Numbered from the stretch's first letter, positions 1 to 8,428 are shown. The stretch: DNA of 64,000 nucleotides from Candidatus Aminicenantales bacterium (GCA_049512315.1 JBEKXF010000008.1:1-64000); one strand, 5' to 3'. Program-made: numbers and translations. Notes: generated by a model not told the origin, from the sequence alone.

Positions 1-1
1 C

Positions 2-388
2 CGCCTCTACGCCCACGTCATCGAGGTCAAGGCCCGCTACTCGGACTTCCGGACCGAGATCAAGCGGCGGCTGGTCCTGACGCCCCTCCAGGAGATGGGG
101 AAGATCTACAAGATCGCCGAGGAGCTGTTCCTGGAGCTCGTCGAGGGGTCGCGGCTGGCCCTGCGGCTGGTCGGGGTCAAGGCCTCGGACCTCGTCCGGG
201 TGCGGCCCCTGTCGCTCTTCGAGCCGTACTCGGAGCGCCCCGAGCAGCTGGGCCGGGCGCTCGACCGGGTGCGGGAGAAGTATGGGTTCGGGTCCGTGCT
301 CACGGCCCGGGAGAAGATGCTCGATTCGATCTACGCCTTCGAGCCGCGCCGCGGCTACGTGCTGAAGACGGCGTCGTTGACGAAGTGA
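2..388 (+). CDS. dinB: Y-family DNA polymerase (DinB/Pol IV-like), C-terminal part, truncated by window start
   Basis: Frame is open from nt 2: RLYAHVIEVKARYSDFRT (little-finger VKxRYxDF motif), LRLVGVKASDL, clamp-motif-like PLSLF, LDRVREKYG tail. Confidence 0.85.
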   Translation, partial: RLYAHVIEVKARYSDFRTEIKRRLVLTPLQEMGKIYKIAEELFLELVEGSRLALRLVGVKASDLVRVRPLSLFEPYSERPEQLGRALDRVREKYGFGSVLTAREKMLDSIYAFEPRRGYVLKTASLTK

Positions 389-408
389 GGGACGGAGGAA
401 AAGAGCGC

Positions 409-3400
409 ATGTTCATCCCCCTCCGCATCCACTCCGTGTACAGCCGGGGGAAGGGGAGCGTCACCCTCGAAGAGGCCCTGGGCTGGGCCGGGCGGCGCCG
501 GCTCCCGGCTGCGGCCCTCACGGACCTCGGGAACCTTTACGGCTGGGGGAAGTGGAAGCGGGTGGCGGAGGCGGGCGGCTTCAAGCCCCTGTTCGGGTGC
601 GAGCTCGAGGTCGCCGGCCGGCGGTTCGTTTTCCTGGTGAAGAGCCGCGAGGGCTACGGGAACCTGATGGAGATCTTCAACAGGAAAGAGATCGGGGACG
701 CGTCCGGCTTGATCGTGATCCACATTCCCGAGGCGAGCGGAGGAGAGGGCCGGATGGCCAGAGCGGGCGAAGCCGGGAGGCCGGGAAGCGGGGAGGCGGG
801 AGATGACAGGAACGATCCCGGTGAGCGAGGGGCCGAAGCCGGGCCGCCGGTGAATAAGGCGTGGGCCGGCGAGGATGAAATGTTCGCTGAACTCAGAGAA
901 AAAGTTCCGGGCGATCTGTACATCGGCGCCGATTTCGCGAACTTCAATCATGTGATGAACCTGAGCTCCGGAGAGACGTCCCAGCGGTCCATATTCCCCG
1001 CCAAGGACCTGCACGTCGTCTGGGCCAACCCGCTGAAGTACGTCACGAGCCCGGAGCGGCTCATCCTCGTCCGGGCCATCGAGGAGAAGATCCCCTATCC
1101 GCCCGAACGCGACCGGCTCCTCTCCAGGGTCAGGATCTTCGGGCCGGACCAGGAGGCCCTGGCCCTGCGCCGTTTCGGCGACGCCGCCCGGGACGCCTTT
1201 GCCCGGACCATCGAGGTCGCCGGGAAGTGCGATTTCACCTTCGACGACATCGTCCCCAACCTCCCGGCCGACCTCTTTCCCCGGACGTTGCGCGACGTCG
1301 TCATGGAGCGCCTCAAGGCCGCGAAGAGCCTGACCTGGCCCGAGCGGCAGCGGGCCCGGTGCGAGCTCGACGCCGTCGAGAGCGCGGGCTTCGGCCCCTA
1401 CTTCCTCGTCGTCCACGACGTCGTCGAATTCGCCCGGCGCCGGGGCATCCTCCACAACCTGCGGGGGTCCGGCGCGTCGTCCTTCCTGGCCTGGCTCCTC
1501 GGCGTCTCCCACGTCAACCCCATGGAGTTCGACCTCTATTTCGAGCGCTTCCTCAACCGGGGCCGGCCCGACCCGCCGGACATCGACATCGACTTCGACT
1601 CGAGCCGCCGCGACGAGGTCCTGACCTACGTCCTCGAAACGTACGGCGCGGGGAAGTCGGGCGCGGCCTATGTCTGCAGCCTCAAGAGCTTCGGGGCCCG
1701 GTCGGCGCTCTACGAGACGCTCCGGGCGTTCGGGGCGCCGCCCGAGGAGGCCCGGGGCCACAGCCAGCGGGTCCCGTATTTCGCGGAGCCCGAATCCTTG
1801 CGGACGGCCGCGCCGGCATCCGGCTTTCTCGAGGCCTGGAAGCTCGCCTCGGAGCTCCAGAACGTCTACCACGAGATTTCGCTCCATGTGGGCGGCGTCA
1901 TCCTGACGCCGGCGCCGGTCGAACGCTTCCTCCCGCTCGAGACCTCGGCCAAGGGTCTGCGGATGACCCACTTCGACAAGGACGCGGTCGAGGACCTGCG
2001 GCTGATCAAGCTCGACCTCCTCTCGGTCCGGGGGCTCGCGGCGATCTCCGAGACGAAGACGAAGCGCAAGCTGCGGACAATCCCGCCGGGAGACGCGAAG
2101 ACCTACGCGGCGCTCCGGGGCGCGAAGACCATCGGCTGTTTCCAGGTCGAGAGCCCGGCCATGATGAACCTCCTGCGGCGGATGAAGCCGGCGGACATCT
2201 TCGAGATCACCCAGGCCCTGGCCCTCGTCCGGCCGGGCCCGACCGAGAGCGGGATGAAGGAGGCGCTGTTGCGGCGCCGGAGCGGGCGGGGAGCGGCGGC
2301 GGGCGGACCCGGTGGCCCGGCAGCCGGCGGCGACGCCTTTCTGGCCCGGATCCTGCCGGAGACGGGCGGAATCCTCCTCTACGAGGAACAGGTCATGCAG
2401 GTCGCCGAGCGCGTGGCCGGGATGCCGCCCGAGGAAGGGGACCTGCTGCGGCGGAGCCTGAAGAGGAAGGGCGGGGACGCCGCCCTCCGCGAAAAGCTCT
2501 TCCGGGAGGCGGCCGAGCGGGGCTACGCGGCCCCGGAGGTCGAGCGCCTGTGGCGGACGATGGAGAAGTTCTCCTCCTACTCCTTCAACAAGGCCCACAG
2601 CGCCTCGTACGCCCACATGGCCTACCAGGCCGTCTACCTCAAGGTCCACCATCCGGTGCCGTATTTCGCGGCCGTGCTGAATGCGGGCGGGGGATACTAC
2701 GATCTCGCCGAATATGTCGCCGAGGCCAAGCGGAACGGGATCCGGATCCTGGGGCCGGACGCGAACCGGAGCATCTGCGCGTTCGAAGTGGAGGACGGTC
2801 CGGGCCGGGAGGCGATTCGCGTCGGCCTCGGCTCCATCAAGGGGTTGGGGACGAAGACGATCGACCGGGTCATCGGGGAACGGATGAACGGGGGCGCATA
2901 CGCCTCGGTCGAAGATTTCCTGGTCCGGACAAAACCGACGAAGGCGGAGCTCCTGGCGCTCATCCGGGCGGGCGTCTTCGATTCCCTCGAGCCGCGGCGG
3001 ACGCGCCAGATCCTCCGCTACTTCCAGGGACTCGAGCACATGGAGGAGGTCGCGGACGTGGCCCCGGACGAGAAGCGGCGGATGCTCTACGAATCGCTGG
3101 GCTTCGTCCCGGACGGGGACGAGCTCGATCTCTACGAGGGGAAAAGGCCGGACTTGCGGATCAAGGACCTCAGGGACTGCGCCGGGACGATGGTCGAGCT
3201 CGTCGTCCGGGTCGTGGACGCCCGCCAGAGAGTGACGTACGGCGCGCGGGGCGGGAACGGAGCCGGCGTGAGCGGCTTCGGACGGATGAGCATGATGGCG
3301 GCCGGCCGGGGCCGCGGGGGCGATGAAGGCGGGAACGGCGGGTCGAGAGTGGGCGGGCCGAAGTATTTTTATCTGTTCGAAGACGAGACGGGGCTCCTGG

Positions 3401-3528
3401 AGGGGATCGGCGAGAACAGGTGCTTGACATACGGAACGCCGCCGGTCTGCCTCTTGCGGGGCGAGGTGCGGAAGGACGGCGAGGGCGTGGCCAAGATCTT
3501 CAACTGTTCCTTTTTGAGGTCGTTTTAA
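409..3528 (+). CDS. dnaE2: DNA polymerase III alpha subunit, DnaE2-type (error-prone)
   Basis: ATG 409 follows GGAGG at 394; N-terminal PHP (HSVYS, LTD), RGSGASS, LYFERFLN, catalytic PDIDIDF, KLDLL, YSFNKAHS, C-terminal OB fold; adjacent to dinB. Confidence 0.85.
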   Translation: MFIPLRIHSVYSRGKGSVTLEEALGWAGRRRLPAAALTDLGNLYGWGKWKRVAEAGGFKPLFGCELEVAGRRFVFLVKSREGYGNLMEIFNRKEIGDASGLIVIHIPEASGGEGRMARAGEAGRPGSGEAGDDRNDPGERGAEAGPPVNKAWAGEDEMFAELREKVPGDLYIGADFANFNHVMNLSSGETSQRSIFPAKDLHVVWANPLKYVTSPERLILVRAIEEKIPYPPERDRLLSRVRIFGPDQEALALRRFGDAARDAFARTIEVAGKCDFTFDDIVPNLPADLFPRTLRDVVMERLKAAKSLTWPERQRARCELDAVESAGFGPYFLVVHDVVEFARRRGILHNLRGSGASSFLAWLLGVSHVNPMEFDLYFERFLNRGRPDPPDIDIDFDSSRRDEVLTYVLETYGAGKSGAAYVCSLKSFGARSALYETLRAFGAPPEEARGHSQRVPYFAEPESLRTAAPASGFLEAWKLASELQNVYHEISLHVGGVILTPAPVERFLPLETSAKGLRMTHFDKDAVEDLRLIKLDLLSVRGLAAISETKTKRKLRTIPPGDAKTYAALRGAKTIGCFQVESPAMMNLLRRMKPADIFEITQALALVRPGPTESGMKEALLRRRSGRGAAAGGPGGPAAGGDAFLARILPETGGILLYEEQVMQVAERVAGMPPEEGDLLRRSLKRKGGDAALREKLFREAAERGYAAPEVERLWRTMEKFSSYSFNKAHSASYAHMAYQAVYLKVHHPVPYFAAVLNAGGGYYDLAEYVAEAKRNGIRILGPDANRSICAFEVEDGPGREAIRVGLGSIKGLGTKTIDRVIGERMNGGAYASVEDFLVRTKPTKAELLALIRAGVFDSLEPRRTRQILRYFQGLEHMEEVADVAPDEKRRMLYESLGFVPDGDELDLYEGKRPDLRIKDLRDCAGTMVELVVRVVDARQRVTYGARGGNGAGVSGFGRMSMMAAGRGRGGDEGGNGGSRVGGPKYFYLFEDETGLLEGIGENRCLTYGTPPVCLLRGEVRKDGEGVAKIFNCSFLRSF

Positions 3529-3533
3529 TGTTC

Positions 3534-3618
3534 TTTTTCAGGATATTTCTCAGAAGCGCGGCTCCGAGCTGCTCCGCTGCGCTTCTGATGGTCGCTCCTG
3601 AAAGAGCGCTCCCCGCCG
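3534..3618 (+). repeat. Structured dispersed repeat family A, copy 1
   Basis: 12-bp hairpin CAGAAGCGCGGC/GCTGCGCTTCTG at 3551-3587; aligns with 56710-56791. Confidence 0.8.
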
Positions 3619-3675
3619 TACGTGTCCCCCGAATTCGCGCGGTATTGACGGAGGCGCGAAATGAACGGCTATCAC

Positions 3676-3731
3676 GAATTCGGTGACATGCTCGCTAATT
3701 CTCTTGAATTAGGTGTGTGTCACCAGAATTC
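3676..3731. repeat. REP-like long imperfect palindrome (family B)
   Basis: GAATTCGGTGACA..CTAATTC-TCTT-GAATTAG..TGTCACCAGAATTC; extra half-site TGTCCCCCGAATTC at 3623-3636. Confidence 0.7.
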
Positions 3732-3764
3732 ACACCAGGATTCGCCGATCGGAGGGAGGCTGAC

Positions 3765-4025
3765 ATGAGTGGCTATCGTTTTTCGGTTCTTGTGGCGAGG
3801 GACATGAAAGGCTGGGAGGCCTTCTGCCCGGACTTTCCGGACTGCCGGGCCCGGGGCTCGAGCTACGAGGACGCCTTCGCCAACCTCAAGGACCTCGTCC
3901 AGATCCTCATCGAGGACGGCCTGGGCGATGACGAGCCCGTCCTCGATGAGGGCGGCCTCGGCGACGACGAGACCGTACCCCAGGCCGAAGAGCTCTGTTT
4001 TACCGCCCTGAACATGGCGGTCTAG
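3765..4025 (+). CDS. HicB-like antitoxin-domain protein (orphan)
   Basis: ATG after GGAGGGAGG; pattern FSVLVARD..WEAFCPDFPDCRARGSSYEDAFANLKDLVQILIE. Confidence 0.75.
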   Translation: MSGYRFSVLVARDMKGWEAFCPDFPDCRARGSSYEDAFANLKDLVQILIEDGLGDDEPVLDEGGLGDDETVPQAEELCFTALNMAV

Positions 4026-4177
4026 GGGCATAATCTCTACTTTTCTCAGCAAACGTCCCCCTCGCACATGCAGGGATTGGCTAAGGAGCCCTGATGACGG
4101 CCGAGGAGAGCGGAGATTTTTTTTGATTATTCGTGATCACCAGGAGCAGATTGATATTTCCGAAGCCCTAACATACA

Positions 4178-5452
4178 ATGAATCCGGACATGTCCTCCCT
4201 GATAGACTCTCCGAATCCTTTTGATAAAAACGCCGGGGAAAAAGACAAGGTCGTCTGGGCGCTTAAAGAGCGTGTCAAGGAGCTGACCGCGCTCCACGGA
4301 GCGGCCCGGGTCCTCGAGCACGCCGGAAGAACGCCGGCGATGATCTTAAGGGAGATTGTCGATCTCCTGCCCGCGGCCTGGCAATATCCGGAAATTACCG
4401 CCGCCAAGCTCAGCCTCGGCACCGTCGAAACGGCGACGCCCAACTTCCGCCGAACCCCCTGGTCGCAGACCGCCGCGTTCTCCGCCGGTGAAGGGGCCGA
4501 GGGCCTGATCGAGGTCGTTTACCTTGAGGACAGGCCGGTGATTTTCGAAGGGCCTTTCCTGAAGGAGGAGCGGGCGCTCATTCAATCGCTGGCCCAGATG
4601 CTGGCATCTTATTTCGAGCGCCAGGCGGCCGAGGAAAAGGCCAGGAACGCCTACAAAGATCTGGAATGTCAAGTCCGGGACCGGACCGCCGACCTCGAGC
4701 GGATGAACCAGACCCTTCGGGACGAGATTTCCGAGCGTTTGAGGGCGGGGGAGGCGATCAGGCATTCCCAAGCCCAGCTCAGGCGCCTGGCGACGGAACT
4801 GACTCTGGCGGAAGAACGGGAACGCCGGGCCATCGCCTCCGACCTTCATGATCATATCGGCCAGGCGTTGGCCGTGATCCGGGCCCGCCTCCGGCAGATG
4901 CAGAGCAATGCCATGTTCAGCGGCATGGAAAAGGACATCGAAGATACGCTCACACTCTTGGACCAGACCATCCAGAGCACCCGGACCCTGACCTTCGAAA
5001 TCAGCCCGCCCGTGCTCTATGATTTGGGCCTGGAACCGGCCCTGCAGTGGCTTTGCCGGCAGTTTCAAAAAAAGCACGGGCTCCGGGCGGAGATGACATC
5101 CGAGGGATCGGGGCCGCTCGTCCCCGACAACATCCAGATCACCGTATTCCGTTCGGTCCAAGAGCTCCTCTTGAACGCCGCCAAGCATGCCCGCGCCTCG
5201 TCCGTGCGTGTCCATCTGGCCCGGCTGCCGGCGGCGCTCAGGGTCGAGGTCCGGGACGACGGCGAGGGTTTTGACGTCTCCCGCGAAGGGGCGTCGATGG
5301 ACGATCACGGAGGGTTTGGATTATTCAGCATCAGGGAGCGTCTGAGAGTCCTGGGCGGTGCCCTCGGAGTTTCTTCTTCACCGGGCCGGGGGGCCGCGTT
5401 CACCCTGGATGTGCCTCTGGCCGGAAGCGCCGGGATTGGAGGAAGACCGTGA
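4178..5452 (+). CDS. Soluble sensor histidine kinase (GAF-like N-terminus, HisKA_3, HATPase)
   Basis: EERERRAIASDLHDHIGQ H-box, ELLLNAAKHA N-box, DDGEGF, GFGLFSIRER; no obvious TM segment. Confidence 0.9.
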   Translation: MNPDMSSLIDSPNPFDKNAGEKDKVVWALKERVKELTALHGAARVLEHAGRTPAMILREIVDLLPAAWQYPEITAAKLSLGTVETATPNFRRTPWSQTAAFSAGEGAEGLIEVVYLEDRPVIFEGPFLKEERALIQSLAQMLASYFERQAAEEKARNAYKDLECQVRDRTADLERMNQTLRDEISERLRAGEAIRHSQAQLRRLATELTLAEERERRAIASDLHDHIGQALAVIRARLRQMQSNAMFSGMEKDIEDTLTLLDQTIQSTRTLTFEISPPVLYDLGLEPALQWLCRQFQKKHGLRAEMTSEGSGPLVPDNIQITVFRSVQELLLNAAKHARASSVRVHLARLPAALRVEVRDDGEGFDVSREGASMDDHGGFGLFSIRERLRVLGGALGVSSSPGRGAAFTLDVPLAGSAGIGGRP

Positions 5453-6096
5453 TCGTCCGGATCCTTATCGCCGACGATCATAAAATCATCGTGGACGGCC
5501 TGCGCAGCCTTCTCGAAAAAAACAACGCCCTGAAAGTGATCGGACAGGCCTCCGATGGGCTGTCCGCGGTCCGCTTGGCCGCGGATCTCTCTCCCGACCT
5601 CGTCATCATGGACATCTCCTTGCCCGGGCTGAACGGCATCGATGCCACCCGCCGGATTCTGGAGGCGAATCCCCGGGTGAAGGTCATCGCCCTCTCCATG
5701 CACAAGGACGGCCGCTACATCGCCGAGGCGCTCAAGAGCGGAGCGATGGGCTACTTATTGAAAGAATCGGCCTTCGATGAGCTCACCGCCGCCATCCGAA
5801 CCGTGATGAAAGGGCAGTGCTACCTGAGCGCGTCCATTGCCGACCTGGTGATCAAGGACTATATCCGCCATCTGGAGAAAACGGGCTCGGGGATCTTTTC
5901 CGTCCTGACCCCCCGGGAGCGGGAGGTCCTTCAATCTCTGTCCGAAGGCCTTTCCACGAAAGAAATCGCGGCCCTTCTAGGGGTCAGCGTCAAGACCGTG
6001 GAAACCTACCGGGTCCAGATCATGGAGAAGCTGGACATTCACAGTGTCGCCGAGCTCACCAAGTACGCCATCCGGGAGGGCATCACTTCCCTTTAA
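5449..6096 (+). CDS. NarL/FixJ-family response regulator
   Basis: ILIADDH, MDISLP receiver, GYLLK, LuxR HTH LTPREREVL..KTVETYR; GTGA overlap with kinase stop. Confidence 0.95.
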   Translation: MIVRILIADDHKIIVDGLRSLLEKNNALKVIGQASDGLSAVRLAADLSPDLVIMDISLPGLNGIDATRRILEANPRVKVIALSMHKDGRYIAEALKSGAMGYLLKESAFDELTAAIRTVMKGQCYLSASIADLVIKDYIRHLEKTGSGIFSVLTPREREVLQSLSEGLSTKEIAALLGVSVKTVETYRVQIMEKLDIHSVAELTKYAIREGITSL

Positions 6097-6129
6097 ACCT
6101 CCGGCCCGGCCGTATTCACCGGCCCGGGT

Positions 6130-6197
6130 TTCAGGTTTTTCGAAGCGACAACATCCGTTTTCCCCGATTGTCGTCCCGGCCGGCCCGGCCGTATATT
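6130..6197 (+). promoter_or_regulatory. Putative amt promoter with upstream imperfect palindromes
   Basis: TTGTCG(6168)-N18-TATATT(6192); TTCAGGTTTTTCGAA at 6130 and ATCCGTTTTCCCCGAT at 6153. Confidence 0.4.
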
Positions 6198-6248
6198 TCA
6201 AATGTCTTTCCTCGGCGCCTGCGCGAATCTTATGAGGAGGTGTTTGAG

Positions 6249-7463
6249 ATGTTCGACACGGGCAACACGGGATTCATGCTTCTGGCGACCAGCCTGGTCA
6301 TGCTCATGACTCCGGGCCTGGCGTTCTTTTATGGAGGCCTTGTCGGCCGCAAGAACGTGCTGGCGATCATGATCCAGAGCTTTTTGTCTATGGGCTGGAC
6401 CTCGGTCATCTGGTTCACGGTCGGCTACTCCATGTGTTTTTCAGGCGACGTCGGCGGGATCATCGGGAATTTCAAAATGGCCTTCCTGCACGGTGTGACG
6501 CCTGACGCGGTTCTATCTCCCACCAACAACATCCCGCTCCTCGTGTTCATCGCGTATCAGATGATGTTCGCGATCATCACCCCGGCCCTGATCACGGGCG
6601 CCTTCACCAACCGGGTCCGTTTCGTGGCCTACATGGTGTTCCTGACGGTTTGGCTGCTTTTCGTCTATTTTCCGGCCGTCCATATGATCTGGGGCGGAGG
6701 GCTTCTCCAGAAGTGGGGCGTCCTGGACTTCGCCGGAGGGATCGTCGTCCATGCCATAGCCGGCATGGCGGCTTTGGCCGCCGTTTTCTTCGTCGGCCGG
6801 CGTAAGGTCAGCGAGAAAGGCCCCCACAGCATTCCCCTGGTCGCGCTCGGTACCGGGCTTCTGTGGTTCGGGTGGTACGGATTTAACGCCGGGAGCGAGC
6901 TTCGCGTCGACCATATCACGTCGCTGGCGTTCCTCAACACAGACACCGCCGCCTCGTTCGCCGCCGTCACCTGGCTGCTCATGGCCTGGATCTTTGAGAA
7001 AAAACCCAAGTTCCTGGGATTGCTGACGGGTTCCATCGCCGGCCTCGCGACCATCACCCCGGCCGCTGGCTACGTTACCGTCCCCGTCTCGGCCCTGATC
7101 GGGATTGCCGCCGGGACCATCTGCTACGCGGCGATTTTCTGGAAAAACAGGATGGGTTGGGACGACGCCCTGGATGTCTGGGGGGTCCACGGGGTCGGAG
7201 GTACACTCGGAATCCTGCTCCTCGGGGTTTTCGCTACAACGAAGGTCAACCCGGGAGGAGCTAATGGCCTTCTCCTTGGCGGAACCTCCTTTTTCTTCAA
7301 GCAGGCCGCGGCCGTGCTCGGGTTCAGCGCCTACGCGTTCACGTTCACCTATGTCGCGCTGTTCCTCATTAATAAGATCACGAAGGTCAGGATCACGGCC
7401 GAAGAGGAAAACATGGGCCTGGATTCGGTCCTCCACGGGGAAGAAGCGTATATTCCCGATTGA
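6249..7463 (+). CDS. amtB: Ammonium transporter
   Basis: ATG 6249 after GAGGAGG; MTPGLAFFYGG, DFAGGIVVH, WFGWYGFNAGS, DDALDVWGVHG (both pore His), GLDxxLHGEEAY tail. Confidence 0.97.
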   Translation: MFDTGNTGFMLLATSLVMLMTPGLAFFYGGLVGRKNVLAIMIQSFLSMGWTSVIWFTVGYSMCFSGDVGGIIGNFKMAFLHGVTPDAVLSPTNNIPLLVFIAYQMMFAIITPALITGAFTNRVRFVAYMVFLTVWLLFVYFPAVHMIWGGGLLQKWGVLDFAGGIVVHAIAGMAALAAVFFVGRRKVSEKGPHSIPLVALGTGLLWFGWYGFNAGSELRVDHITSLAFLNTDTAASFAAVTWLLMAWIFEKKPKFLGLLTGSIAGLATITPAAGYVTVPVSALIGIAAGTICYAAIFWKNRMGWDDALDVWGVHGVGGTLGILLLGVFATTKVNPGGANGLLLGGTSFFFKQAAAVLGFSAYAFTFTYVALFLINKITKVRITAEEENMGLDSVLHGEEAYIPD

Positions 7464-7497
7464 TGCTTGACCAGGAGTCTTTAAGGCGGGGGCCACC

Positions 7498-8322
7498 ATG
7501 AATACACTTAGGCGGATGGGTCCCGTCGGCCTTGTGCTCCTTTCGACCGTCGCTCTAACGGTTACCCTGTCAGGCGAGGCGGTCCCGGCGTCGGCAACGG
7601 GGAGCGCTTCTCTCGGAACCTTCAACCGCTACATCTTCCGGGGATACCGGCTCGGAAGGGACAGCATCGTTTTCGAGCCCGTTCTATCGGTGTCCACCCA
7701 AGGATTCTCGGCCACATTTTGGGGCAACATCGATATGAGGGAAAAGGCCACGCTCTGTTTCGCTCCGGACAGGCCCGGCCGGAAAAGCTTCAATGAAACT
7801 GACCTGACACTCTCTTATACACACAATTTGGGAAGGTTCGGCTTAACGGCCAGCTTCATTTATTATGGAACGAAATTCACGGCCGAAACGCAGGAGCTTT
7901 ATATTGGAGCCTGCCTAGACGTCCCGGGAAAACCAACCCTGATGATCTACCGGGACATCGACGCGTATCCGGGAACCTATTTCCTTTTATCCCTGGCTCA
8001 TTCCGTGGCCTTGTAAAAAAGGATAACCCTCGACCTGGGTGCCTCGGCCGCCTACTTTTCGGGGTCGGCCGATTATTGGAGGACCTACCTGCCGAGCGTC
8101 GGAAGCTATGCGGGAGAAAAGTACCGGGCGTTCCACGACGGAGTGATCAAAGCCGGGCTGACATTTCCCCTAGGTAAGAACCTCGCCCTCCAGGCCGGAA
8201 CACAATTTTACTTCCCTCTCTCGGCGGCAGCCAGGAGAACGATTGAAGGCCATTCGTATAACATCAATGGCCATCTCGCGAGCGTCCTTGTATTCGGAAC
8301 GACTCTGAGGTTCGGCTTCTAA
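7498..8322 (+). pseudogene. TorF-like outer-membrane beta-barrel with one in-frame TAA at 8014-8016
   Basis: Signal peptide, NRYIFRGY, NETDLTLSY; same frame stays open 101 codons past the TAA and ends ...VFGTTLRFGF-stop with a terminal Phe. Confidence 0.75.
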
Positions 8323-8323
8323 G

Positions 8324-8428
8324 ATTCTACGGATGGCCGAGAAGCCGAGGCCCATCCCCGCAAAAGGCTGGGCCGAGATGATCCGGAGGGTCTGCGAGGT
8401 GGACCCGATGGTCTGCCCTCGGTGCGGC
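8324..8428 (+). mobile_element. IS91-like transposase C-terminal remnant
   Basis: Translates LRMAEKPRPIPAKGWAEMIRRVCEVDPMVCPRCG, matching the WAxxIxxVxEVDPxxCPxCG tail I associate with IS91-like transposases; no catalytic region present. Confidence 0.65.

Noticed and set aside
733..885. Intein or intron in dnaE
   Set aside because: The insertions are short and low-complexity, with no Cys/Ser...His-Asn splice motifs
355..3039. Long antisense or alternate-frame ORFs (also 1227-3326, 34529-36703, 40348-42561, 46645-49284, 52003-54615)
   Set aside because: Shadows of high-GC codon bias over well-supported genes; no recognisable motifs
4091..4097. Hammerhead ribozyme or fluoride riboswitch suggested by CTGATGA
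   Set aside because: No stem II plus GAAA core, and no fluoride-type 5' GATG consensus
5817..6248. N-terminal extensions in the ORF track (amt; likewise DUF72, thiD, fadL, S46, pstB1, merR, HD protein)
   Set aside because: They overlap neighbouring genes; internal starts with an RBS or promoter and family-typical N-termini fit better
8014..8016. Selenocysteine or pyrrolysine recoding of the porin stop
   Set aside because: The codon is TAA, and TAA ends many other genes in this window
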